A DNA stretch of 63,976 bases, counting the filler, from Welwitschia mirabilis (taxonomy: Eukaryota), in NCBI GenBank assembly GCA_051453625.1. It is 6 parts of one record of this genome, joined end to end, with 100 filler letters (N's around TTAATTAATTAA, not from the genome) between each part and the next. Parts side by side here need not be neighbours in the genome. Positions count along the whole stretch, not along the records: positions 1 to 28,252 come from JBOZIK010000001.1; 5 more parts are not named here. One strand, given 5' to 3'. Under the pieces are notes generated by a model. The model was not told where the DNA came from and did not search any database. It saw nothing but the letters and a program-made list of their open reading frames with translations. The number at the start of each line of letters is the position of its first letter. Positions within the stretch are counted from its first letter, which is position 1. Below are positions 15,100-27,934 of the stretch, one piece after another. A program made the position numbers and the translations under genes.

Positions 15100-15880
15100 A
15101 TCACTTACTAAAAATAGCTTCTAAAAATAACGTATTCCTTACACATAGGTTTCCTCTAAATATAACATATTCCTTACATGTCTGTCTTTTTCTAGAGATA
15201 TTTCACCTATTAGGATTTCTTATATGCTACTACACAAGGTTCTTACATGATCATTACATATGGTGGACATCATTTTTCATACAATCACACTAAAACCTTA
15301 ACAAATAGCCTCCAAACTAGAACATACTCATTTTTTATTTTCTAATGATGTTCATTCGTCATCATTACTTCATTCTCAACTTCAACTCCCAAAGCATGCT
15401 CTTCATCTTATTACTCACTCTCATTTATAAGGCTTCAGGAGGAATCTTAATCATGAACAAATCCTCTCATATTAGCCTCTTAAATGTTTTATCATAAATG
15501 GCTTCTAAACATGGCATATTCCTTACATTTAGATTTTTTATAAACACAACATATTCCTTAGGTTCCCTCTAACATTATAAAATAAATGGCTATTCATTTC
15601 TAACATGATCATTGAACATGGTAGCTTTTATTTTCCATAAAATCAAACTAAAACCTTATGAAATAGACCCCTAACTAAAAAATACATTCCTTATTTTTAT
15701 TTTTCAAGGACTCTCCTAATCATCCTCCCCTGCTTGAAGGTGGGCTGTCAGAGAAAATGTATTTCTACTTTATTAGACTTTCATAACTAATTCTCACATA
15801 TTTCTTCTCTGAAAACCAAATTCCATCCTTCATATGATCTCCTAGTAACTAGATCAAGTACTCATTGTACATTTTCCTTC

Positions 15881-16122
15881 TATTGCACATTCTAATTTGG
15901 AGCTTATTTTTTTGAAAAACAACCTTAGTGGCTTCATAATATTTTGTAGAGATAAAGGCATTAAGTAGAGTTAGTCTTTCTCTATTTTGTAGCTTGTGGC
16001 TCATGACTTTTGTTAAGTTTCTATTTGAATTATTGGTATGTATTTAGCTACTATTACCACTAGCTACTATCTACTTTATAATTAAATCTAATTTAGTGGA
16101 TTGCTAGGAGTTTTATTTATGA
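15881..16122 (+). repeat. Candidate 5' LTR of the Tat element (direct repeat of 26733-26973)
   Basis: Shared blocks ttgcacatt.taattt, aaaacaaccttagtggcttcataat, tagagttagt, aaatcta.ttta.tggattg.taggagt.ttatttat. Confidence 0.65.
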
Positions 16123-19100
16123 ATTATCTAGAGTTTTGCTTGTTTATCTTTTTGCAAAGTAACTTGGGTCCACTTCTCTTAACTCATGGCTTTTAATTTC
16201 TTTATTTTGTGGCTTATAGCTTTTCTATCTTTCCAATTTCTTCCTGCTAGTCTCCTAAGACATCTGACATTATACATCACTTCTAGCTACCTCCCTTATA
16301 GATGGTATCCATAATGCTACCTTTGATTATTTTTACTTTACTTGCTTTTATGTCAAATCAATCTAAAAATCTTATCAGGTGCTATGCCAAGATGAATTTA
16401 AATTTATCTGCATTACTTCAGTACACATTTCATATTCTCCTTTACTCTGAGTTCTCATTGTTTGTAACTCATTTATAAAATTAGTAAGCATAATACTTAA
16501 GGTTTTTGTACTAAACCTATGCATGAATTTGTTAATCTTGAGACCAATGTGCTAAAACCCATTTTATGCCAAAATCTTTTTTTAAGATGCCTAAGTGGAT
16601 GAAGGCTTAATATGAAATTAAGTTTTCATGGTTGGATTCATTGCAATTATAGCCTTCAACCTATTACTTTAAATGTGGAGATGTAAATAAGTTAAAGACT
16701 GAGGGAGAATGTCATTCACTTATTACTTTAAATGGCTTTTAATCTCTTGTCTTTTGATAATTTCCAAACTATTGCTATGATTTCTTATCTTGGGTTTTCC
16801 AAAATCATTCATATAATCATAAGCTTAATTCTATTTTTTTAATTATGGAGCTTTAATTTACTTGAATGCAAAAACCACTTATTAGCTTTACAACATTCTG
16901 TTGTATGTGGATCATAGAGTGATTAATGATGAGAATCTTAACTATTACCATAGGATTATTTCATAATGCTAGTTTTAATCACTACTAATGTGATTCATAA
17001 ATTTTGGGATTTTCATAAAGGGAATTTAAAGGTTAAACCTATATGACAAGCTATGGGAGTTGCTATAATATCTTGCTTACATGGGCTTCCATCTTCTGTG
17101 GATAATGGAATGGTTGGTCCTTCATTTACCCTAGAGAAAGAACAACTATTTCATATGACATAAACCTTCAACTACAAGCTTTGGTTGCAAGTATAAGAAT
17201 GTTTTACATAGAGCTTACAATATAGATCTGGTTGATCTCCTATTTAATAAACCATATAATCTTATTCATAAGAACCAATAATCCCACAAAATGCCATTGT
17301 TTTTCTCTAGCTGCAGCTTCCATCAAAATCATGCTTTAGGCTTATCTGAGAGTTTTTCTTGATGATTTACAACATGGATTTCTTTTATCATTAGGTAAAT
17401 GGATTAATTGTGAATATTTTTTACCCTATATTTTTGGCTCATAGATTTCTAAATTAGCACCAGATATTATAGAAACCATTAAGAATAGATAATTCTTTAG
17501 TCAAGTTTATTTTCATTCTAATTTCACATTAATCCATATTATTAGCACTGAGTTAACATCATAAATGCCTTTTAGATTTTTAACCCCTTACCTTTGTATG
17601 TTAGAAATAGTAAGGTTGTGGATTAATGTTAGAAGTAAATTCAGTTTAATTAAGAAACCATTAATCTTGGCCTACTCTTGCCATATTAGAACCTAGTTTT
17701 ATAATGGTACAATGACGGTAGATAAGTATTTGGAGAAGGTGATGCAATTGACATTTTCATTTTATGTTAATAGCATCTTTAATCTTGAAAATAAAATTTA
17801 ATTACTTAAGACCCATTTCATGCATCAATCACATGTTAATGATAAAATATACTATACCTGCCATGATGATTTTGATGTTAAGAGAAGCAAGTAAAGGTTT
17901 TTTTCATTTATCCCTAGATCATGAAGCTTTTAAACCTATCTAATATTTACACCCTAATGCCCTTGAAGCTTATTGGAGGTTCAAGGTCGATCCTTATGAG
18001 GTGGATCCATTGCAAGATTCTCTTATTTTAGGAGATAAACTATGGACTCTAACAAATAAAGTCTATTGGTCCTATGAAGGTAATTCTCTTCTAGCTATAG
18101 GTTTTGAAGAGAAGGGATTAGATTTAGAATTGTTGATTACTTTGAAGAAAATATTTCTTACTATGCCACCATGGGATGAACTTTCCACCACCTCTCTGCA
18201 CTGCAAACTTAGCTCTTTTTTTTTTTGAATCACCTTCCTACATTCAATCATTCTAATATACCACATAATAAAAAGTGACCTTTGCTTTTAAAACCTCCTT
18301 ATTCCTTAGTGTTCTTTGGTTTGTATGATAACTAGATTAGAAAGGGGATTAATTAAGATATCTATAAAAGGCTCAAAATTTTTCATAAAGGATCCTAACA
18401 TTATGTTATTATAAGGTAAACAGAAGAAGAATAACATGCCCAAGAAAAGCTTATATAAATATAAAAGGAACAAATCCGATGGATCATGGAAGTATTTAGA
18501 GGATCTTGTCAAGCTATACAGAGAAATCACATTGATTCATCTTTATTTTACAAAGAAATTAGTTAATCAAAAAGAGGAGGAAAATACTGCAAAAGAGTAA
18601 TTAAATATCATCCTCAAGTCTTAGAGGGAAATTCACCACTTTGTGTTTTTTCAATAGCTGCACTATTTGAATCAAAGAACATAGAAATCAATAGCTTGAA
18701 AGCACTTGTTTAATAAAGGAAGTAATCAGAAGCTAAGCATAAGAGGATCAATTACATCAGTTACTTATAGAAGTAAACTACAAATAAGAGTTGCTTAATT
18801 TCTTAGTAGAGTATCTCATAAAGAAAGATCATGGGATTTTAAACATTAAAGAATAAAATAGACATCTACTTAGGGCGAAAGATGATTTGGATGCTCAAAT
18901 CAAATAAAGGGATGGATAGGTCTAAACTTTGATAACAGATTTTATGACACTTAGCCAAGTATTAAGTAATTGGCATAATTAATATTTTTATATTTTCCAC
19001 TTGTTAGCCAACTTCATTCTTTTACTTAGAATATTAATTCTTAACTTAATATGATTGAAAGAATCATGACTAAAGCTAGATCAACGTTACAAGATCCTAA

Positions 19101-22071
19101 GTCTTCATTTAAAAGGGTCATGATTAATACCATCATAAGCCATGCAGAACAAATAGTGGCTTGTTTCTATGAAATTAATAACAAAATCATCATGAAATTA
19201 ATAGTGGCTAATTCTCCATTTTAGAATTTAAGTAAATATTAAAGGCTTTGTAAAAGTAGATTGACTTGCCAAACTTTGTATTTGATGAGAAATCAAGATC
19301 TATCAATATCAGTAGCCTCCCACTCAATGATCTAAAGAATATAGAAGGGATAAGTAGTGAAGTGATAACTCATATTTATCGAATGGCTAGACAGACACAA
19401 CATGATTTGAAGTAAATTTAGTAATTCCCTTTTAATAAACTTAAATGCAATGAGATTAGTTTTGTAAATCATCTTTGATTTACCATTCAGTTACTTAATT
19501 AATTTGGGTTATAGTTTCAAAGTATTTACTAATTGTTTGATGATTATATAACCATAAANNNNNNNNNNNNNNNNNNNNNTTTGCTTATAAGTAAGCCTGT
19601 AATAATCATAGGAAAAGAAAGAAGAATATATTAAAAAAAGTTTATTTTAACTAAGAGCTTCTTTGTTACCTTATCTATGTAGTAGACACTACAAAACTTG
19701 CATAAATTTTTGGACATTTGATTTATAATGTTCTCATAATAAAGGCTCTATAAATTTGTGCATAAGTAATTTAAGTTTTGATTGGATTATCTTGGTTAGC
19801 ACATGTTCAATCTTTTAATTTTTTTTTGTTGTAATAAAACAAACAAGCTATTTAAGTGAATTAAATTTTTTTTTGTTCCGTTATGTTTGGCTCCAAGTTT
19901 CATTGAGATTGTAGTTTTATGAATTTTTTGATTCTTTGAATTAGTTCACTCCATGATACCTTTATAGTTTCAAACCCTCTTCCATTATTTCTTACATGAG
20001 GACATGTCTAAATAAAATAAGGATCTATATAATTTAGCCATTTTCTAATCTTATAAGATATTATTTTTTATTATATTAATGTCTCAACTAGGCTATTAAG
20101 AAAGTTGTCTATGATTAAATTTGTAACCTATGAAAACAGTATCGTGGACTTGAAATAGTGGTCATACATGATTAAGTAATGTGATTAGAAATTGCAAAAT
20201 AATTTATAAACCAACATTTTCATCACTAGAAGAAGAGTTCAAACAATAACTTTGTGTATGTCTGCTTCACATTTAAACTTAGAAATATTACATAAAACTT
20301 CTCATAATATAACTTTATTCATGAATTATTCACATGAATTCCCACTTGATTTATGGAATCATATAGTCATACATAGTATTTCTAGCTAACTTAATCTTTT
20401 TCTTAATTTAGAAATTTCCCTCATTAGGAGATATTAGAAAAGAATTAGACTTATAACCAATCCATAATCTATATTAGGTAATGTCCCTTTAAATTTTTCA
20501 AATTTTAACTCCATTCCTACAAATGCTAAGGATTTTCTTTTAGATCCATTTTATCCTTTCAATTTAGTTATTCCAGAGGTGTTTGTTAAGGTTTTTGAAT
20601 AGTCAACCCAAATAGTAAGAACTTAACATGAGAATGTTGTTTATACCTCATTTAGCCATTTTCTTAAGGATGAATTGAGATCTTGATTTTTTCCAATCTT
20701 ACCAAATGGGTGTATTTATTCTTAGAATGGGTTTAAATCCATGTGTTTGAATTAATACAAGGGATAATACAATTTTTAGAATATATTATCATCTTAGGCA
20801 TAATCTAAAAGAACATCTCAAAATCTATAATCATAAATTCCTAAGGATTTCTAACATTATTGATGTAATCCTTGAATCCACTGATCATGCTTTACAAATG
20901 ATATATATGAATTCCCTTATTTTTGAGTTATAGGTTTAGGTTAGGAATGATAATTTGATTATATCTTTGACTTTAGTCATGAAGTTTACTTCCAAAGCAT
21001 ATACTTAGATTTATCCTTTTAACAATTCTTTAACTTTCTTTCCTTTATTACAAGATTTTACCCTTAATATTAGGGTGGCTTCAAAATCCATATTGCCACC
21101 ACTTCTACCTTCTTAATAACTAAGTCTTATATTTTTGATTTACTCCCTTTGCTTAAGAGTATTTCAAATCCATTACAATTGTTAAATTTTAACTCCAAAG
21201 GAAAGGAGTTAGCTAGTAAAAATATGAATTTAGTCCTATGAAGAAAGAGGTTCATTTTAATGCCCAAAGTCCTCATTTTAAAGAATGTTCCATAGAATAG
21301 GAGTCAAGTGAAGAAGAGATGTATGCTTGTTTTAAGTTCCTTTATGACTTAGACTATGACTTAAATAATGGCTTAGTTCATGATCTGTATAGTAGTTCCT
21401 TGATTTTAAATATTAGTCATTTTAATTGTAGTTAATTTTATATTGAGGGGAATTTATATTTAGTTAATTTTATATTAATGGGGATTTAGATTTAAAATTT
21501 GATTTGATATTCAAAAGGAATCATTTAAGTTAATTAGCAAATCAATGGCTAAATGTACTGCTAATAACAATGAATTAAGGTCAAAGGCTAAGCACTCTAC
21601 CATGTACCCTACTTCACTGAATATCATATAAGATGTCATTTTCGAAGAGGTGGGAAAGAAGTAGAGAAAATGAATAAGAAACAATCATATAATGAAAAAG
21701 ATAGTCTTGATATTAAGCTAAGTCACCAAAAATCATAAAAAATTTAAAATAAATATCCTACAAAGCCCTTTTTCCTTTATGTTTTTAATGATGGGTTAGA
21801 ATATGATATAGTAGAGAACCTTAAGAAAGTAAAAGCCAATGTTAGCTTCTTTCAGTTGTTGAGTATGATCAAATAAAGTAAAAAGATCCTAAATGCACTT
21901 TATTTCTCTAAATGTAAATATAATATAAACCAAATTGAGAAGGATAACATTAATTCCTTCATCTCATGCTCATATGTATAATACAAATAAATCTAAGGAG
22001 ATGGATCCATTCTTGTTAACATTACTTATAGTTAAAATTTTGCTTCATAACTTATGCTTGATACTAATTCT

Positions 22072-22342
22072 TTGGCAAATTTGATGCCTTTTTCAATCTT
22101 TTAAAAACTATGTTGATTTTACAAAAATATCCTTATAATATTAATTAGATTAATAAGTCAAAGGTAAAGATTATTTGCCAAGTTAAGAATGTCAAAGTAG
22201 CAATTACTAAAGATCTTGGCAAATTTGATGCCTTTTTAATCTTTTAAAAAACTATGTTGATTTTAGAAAAATATCCTTATAAGATTAAGGTAAAGATTAT
22301 TTTCCAAGTTAAGAATGTCAACGTAGCAATTACTAAATATCC
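22072..22342 (+). repeat. Tandem duplication (~144 bp unit) inside the Tat protease
   Basis: ttggcaaatttgatgcctttt...aagttaagaatgtcaa.gtagcaattactaaa starts at 22072 and again at 22216; second copy has a small deletion. Confidence 0.9.
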
Positions 22343-25300
22343 AAATGGTTGATGTTTTAGTACTTTATAGCTTAGTCCTAAGGAGAAATAGGATGAAGAA
22401 CTTTAATGGATATTTGACTATAGACCTTTCACATATGTGACTTCCATATGGTCAAAAAACAAATGAGATATTAATTTATAAGGAATCATACATGAAATAT
22501 CATATTAATTTCAATAGTATAATTCTGTAATTAAGTCTAATAATAAATTATATGGCACGTGCACCATTTCTGAGGAAATTATAGAATTTAAACTTATTCC
22601 AACTTCTCATATTCTTAAGGTTTAAGGGTTATATTACTAATAATATAGTAAAAAATGAAGACTTATGTTTAGTTCTTAAATTTACCTTAAAAATAAGAAT
22701 TAAGTTCCTTTGTATTTTTGGTGATTTATAACTCATTATCAATTACCTTAAGGATATCTATTTAGGAAATAATAAATTTTTTAAGGAATATTATTATATT
22801 ATCCATAAATTCTATAGTTAATTTTTAGCTCTTAATTTAACATTAGTTCCTCAAAATTAAAATCATAAGGCTCATGAATTAGCTTAACTAGCTTCTCTAG
22901 CTATTATTTTGGGTTTAGTTTAATCTTCTTATGTGATAAGTCTTTGATATGGAAAACTAGATTTAATAGTTTTTAAATAATCAAGATATATTTAAAGATC
23001 AGTGAGTTGAAAGTTTGTCTAATGAGATGTCTAATTACTTTGATACTTATTCTAATGCTTCAAGTTTTGATTTGATCCTAAGCATGTATTAGATTTATAT
23101 CATGAGTTTATACAAAGTTCATTTAAGCAAGCTATTGAGGTTATACGCAAATGTCTTTTCATATGGTAAAAGTGAATTTTTATTCTAAGTAAGAAAATGT
23201 AAAGGAAGTAGTAGTCAATACTTATTTGCCTTCATTGCTTCATTATCATTTAATTGAATACTTCTGAGATTATATAGACATATTCATATTATCTTATAAG
23301 GAACTTAAAACCTTTAATCTAAATGACTCATAGAATTTTAGCTATGCCCAAATTTAAACCCTTTGTTTAAAAGCTTAGGGCCATGAATCCCAAATTAGAA
23401 CTTGATATGCATTAAGAGTTAAATAAATTAATTTAATTTAGGATCATGTATTCTATTAGATATACTACATGGTACTCTAATATCATTCCTATATACAAAA
23501 ATAATCGCAATACTAGACTTTGCATTGATTTTTGAAATCTTAACCAAGCCTTTATTACATATTAGTATCCATTACCTAAAGTTGATGAGATTATTCAAAA
23601 AGTCTCTAGTTATGAGATCTACTCCTTTTCAAATGGATTTTTATATTATAATCAAATTTTAATGCAAAAAAAGAAAAAGATTAAAAATGATATTATAACT
23701 AAATGGGGCACTCTTACTTTTAAAAGAATACATTTTCATTTGTTTAATACTGAAGAAACTTTCCAAAGGACTATGTGTAAATCTTTTTTTAAAATTATCA
23801 TCATTTTATTATTGTTTATTTAGATGATATCATTATATCTTTCTGTGAAGGCTCTAATAACATCAAGTACTTAAACGAAATCTTCAATTATTATAGAAAT
23901 TTTAGCATATTTTTAATCTAAAGAAAAGTGTCTTCAATCAAGAGTTTAGTATTTTGCTTAGATCTTATATTTTTATATTTGATGCAATAATTGACCCTGT
24001 AAAAATATCAATGATCGAGTAATTAGAATTTTCCAATTCAAATAAAGATTTGTAATCTTTCTCTAGGAAAATTAATTTTTTTAAAAACATTATTCTTGAC
24101 TTTATAAAAATTATTAATCCTTTTTAATAGATGCATAAAAAAGATCAAGAGGTAAAAATATCCTATAAGCATGAGCAATCTTTTTAGCTATTATCAAGTC
24201 TATTGTTGAAGTAGCTATTTTATTAGCACCAAATTTTAGTAAGGATTTGTTTTTATATGCCTTCTCATAATTTAATTACTTTAGTTTTATTCAAAAAGAA
24301 GGACAACAAGATTTTCCCATTTATTTTTTCAATACTACGCTAAAGGATGCCCAGCCGAAATATACCCAATTAGAAAGACATGCCTATGTTTCTGTTAAAG
24401 TAGTTTAATATTTTATTTATTTAAATAAGGTATAACAGGTAGTTTCTAATCCTATGAATAANNNNNNNNNNNNNNNNNNNNNNNNNNNNNNNNNNNNNNN
24501 NNNNNNNNNNNNNNNNNNNNNNGTTAAATTATCATTAAAAAGGGCTTCATGATTCATAAAATTACATTAGTTTGATTTTTAAAGTACAGTTGAAAAACTA
24601 TAAAATATTTTGAATTAGCTCATTATTTAGCTTGTAAATATTTGAAAGTCTGTCATAATGAATAACAGATAACTAAAGAAAATCATTAGTATTATGACTT
24701 ATATAATTATTCAAAAATAAGTTGTTTACCAATGTATTCAAATATTTTAGATAAAAAAGATTTTCTATAGAAATAGAAAATATTTAAAATCATTGATGAC
24801 ATTTTATATAGAACTTATTATAGAGGTATATTTCTTAGATGTTTTCTTCATTTCGAAGTCCAAGAAGTTTTAAATCAGTTCCATGACAATAAGTGCATTT
24901 ATTATGGAAATCTTATGGTAGTGGAAAGCCATATCTCAAGGAAAGTTTATTATTAACCATTCCTTAATAAAGATTGTATGGGAAAAATTAGAAAGTATTA
25001 GAAATATTAAGCTTATAGATTAAAATTAGCTAAGTAATCTACTCTCTTAAAATCCATATTTGAATTTATTCCTTTGAACATTTGGGGATTGAATTTCATC
25101 AGTATGATTCATCCTTCCTCATCCCAAGGCTAAAATTTTATTATAATAGCTATGTACTATTTTACAAAATGGCTAGAAGCTAAAGATCTCAAGAATTATA
25201 CTTCTAAGGAATTAATTGCATTTATTGAATATTTTATCTTAATAATGTTTGAAGTTCCAGAAATATTGGTTTTTGATAATTAGTCTATATTTATTTCTGT

Positions 25301-26732
25301 TTAGTTTATTATATGGACAAATAAGCACAAAATTCTTATAAGAAATTCATCTAGTTATTATCCTTAAGATAAGGGTTTAGCAAAATTAACAGTAAGAACA
25401 TTAGAGCTAAGTTAAAAAGGTTCATTAAAGGAAACCATCATGATAGGCATAACCAACTTACGTTTACTATCTAGGCTAATCATATTTGTTATTGAAAGAT
25501 TATTAAGGTTCCTTCATTTGAATTAGTATATGGTACTAAATCTCATATTTCTCTAAAATTGTATAAGCCTTTTTATGAAGCTCTAGTTAATTTGTATTAA
25601 AAGCCTTATGATTAAGAATGAATCCTCTTACATAAGTTAGGTGTAGAAGAATCATGCTTTAAAGTAGCACATATCTTTACTAAGTATAAGACTTTAATTA
25701 AATTTTGGTTTGACTGCAAGCATATATCAAGTCCTTTCAACTTGATGATTTATTTATGATATAAAAATTCATAAGAGATTAGAAAAATAATAAGTTCTCT
25801 CCTTCTTGGACAAGACCCTATGTTATTCATAAATGATGGGATCAGATACTTATCAGTTGGTTAATCTTTTGGAATAAATTATAGGTCTTTTATTTAATGT
25901 GTCTAATCTTAAATATCATTTTTCTAGCCCTAAATAGTGATAATTCTTTTTAATATTTATAAATACTATACATTCTTCTATTATTATTAGTTAAAGGTTA
26001 GCTCATATTTTCTTTTATATGTGTTATTCATTACTAGTAACTAAAAAGATATTATTCTTATAAATAAGCCTCATTTTGGATCATCATCCTCATTAAGAAT
26101 TTAAATTAAATGTGATGAAAGAAAACATGAATGTAGAATTTTGTAATAAGCTTGTTCCAGCACAGTTCTTACTTTTTGAAGGCACTGTTGTGTTTATCAC
26201 TCAAGTAATTCATAAAAATGTATTTCAATTTTGAATGTAACTAAATTAACTTACTTTATAAATGGGTGGACCAAATTCTGGCAACCATGACTACCTTTGG
26301 AACTAACCCTCAAATCTCCATTTATTGGTTTAACAAGAATGGACATTTAGTTGTACCTTCATTACCAGTTCATCATCTTCCTCTGCATTATTTATAAAAT
26401 GTGCAATCATTAGTGTTGAAACAAGATAACATGTAAATGAAGGGAAAAGAGAAGATTAGAACAAGCTAATAAGGAGATGTATCTACTACTTTAATGAATG
26501 AGGATGCTTTCACCTCCTTTTATGATTTATTTTTAGAGATTATGGATATTGTTTAGAAGAAATAAAATAATACACATAAATCTATTATGCCGATTAGTGA
26601 CTCTTATGAAAAGGAATTAAAGATAATATTAGAATTAGTATTTAAGATTAGAGTTTTATGTTATCTTTATCTTTAGCTCTCAATGTGTAAGTATGATCTA
26701 GTTGTTTTCTATATTTTTCATTTGGGTAGAAA

Positions 26733-26973
26733 TGTTGCACATTTTAATTTAGATCTTATTTTTGAGCAAAACAACCTTAGTGGCTTCATAATGGTTTATA
26801 GAAGTAGAGGCATCATTTAGAGTTAGTATTTTTCTATCTTGTGCCTTACAGATGATAATTTTTATTTATTTTTTATTCAACCTATTAATGTGTTTAGCCA
26901 TCATTACTAGTAGCCACTATCTTCTACGCAATCAAATCTAGTTTAATGGATTGTTAGGAGTCTTATTTATTCA
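26733..26973 (+). repeat. Candidate 3' LTR of the Tat element
   Basis: Begins TGTTG, ends TTCA, preceded by purine-rich gggtagaaa; direct repeat of 15881-16122. No TSD recognised. Confidence 0.65.
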
Positions 26974-27479
26974 GTAATAAAAACTATCATTTATTTCAAG
27001 TATTTTAGGCTAATTAGGCATGATTAAGTTATGATTTTTGTGGTTTTTATTGTTTTATTCAATTTATGCTATTCAAGTCATAAAAAACTAACATTTTACC
27101 TATATCGCTAATTTTTTTAAAGGTATTTGACTATATTCTAAAGGATTAGCCCAAAGTACAAGAGATAATTCCATAAAAATCTAGTAGCAGTGGTAGGATT
27201 CAATGGTGACATGGTTATGTTGCACCTCTTCAGTCCATTCTTATGTTCTTAGGCCTATGTAACTAACACTTTTATTGAGGCAATTAGTCTACTCATCTGA
27301 TATTTTTCAAGATTCTACAAATTCCAAAACCCTAATCATAACCTAATTTTTAGATTATAACAAGGCACTTGAGCCTCATTTTAAAACATCTTATCACATA
27401 CTATCTTTTGAAAATATTTTGTGAAATTAGAGGAGCCCTAACTCTATCTACTATTATCCTTTTAATGTTTAGGAGTTAG

Positions 27480-27930
27480 CTTTAAATTTACCCTTATTTA
27501 TCTTTTTCTATATTTTTATGGTTTAGAGTTCAAAGATCCACACCTGGATCTTAAGAAGTTTAAATGCACTATTTTCATAATTCCACATAACCCAAATGTT
27601 GTAGGTGCTCTTAGCTTAACCTCTTTCCATTTTTCCTTAAGGAGAAAGTTAAATCTTAGGTAAACACTCTTAAACCTATTTCTATAACTACTTGGACTGA
27701 TCTTAATCCATCCTTCATCAAGAAATTCTTCCTAGTCATAAACGAATTACTTTAGAAGAGTAATTATGAACTTCTAATAGAAAAATGATGAAACTTTTTC
27801 TTAACCTTAGAAAGATTTAAGAATTTACTTCTTAAATTTTCTCAACATGGTTTTGAGCAAGGTAGAGTTATTAATTTCTTCTATAAAGGCCTTTCTTCAA
27901 ACCATAGGTAAGTTTTTAAGATAATGTATT
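27480..27930 (+). mobile_element. Athila-like gag remnant
   Basis: GLEFKDPHLDLKKF (~27520), LFPF.L.EK.K, ITTWTDL, KKFF, ERFKNLLLKFSQHGFE (~27810-27858); cut off at ~27935 by sequence starting tataacacccc. Confidence 0.75.
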
Positions 27931-27934
27931 AAAC

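Larger units (their letters stand above)
15881..26973 (+). mobile_element. Degenerate Ty3/gypsy Tat-lineage element, domain order gag-PR-aRH-RT-RH-INT (TatII-like)
   Basis: gag remnant ~20640-21100; protease MLDTNSLANLMP at 22054; extra RNase H 22636-22896; RT RLCIDF (23515) and VYLDDI (23814); RH ~24230-24460; INT LRCFL..EVQEVLNQFHD (~24835), WGLNFI (25083), YFTKWLEA, PSWTRPY (~25801). Outer limits are candidate LTRs. Confidence 0.8.
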
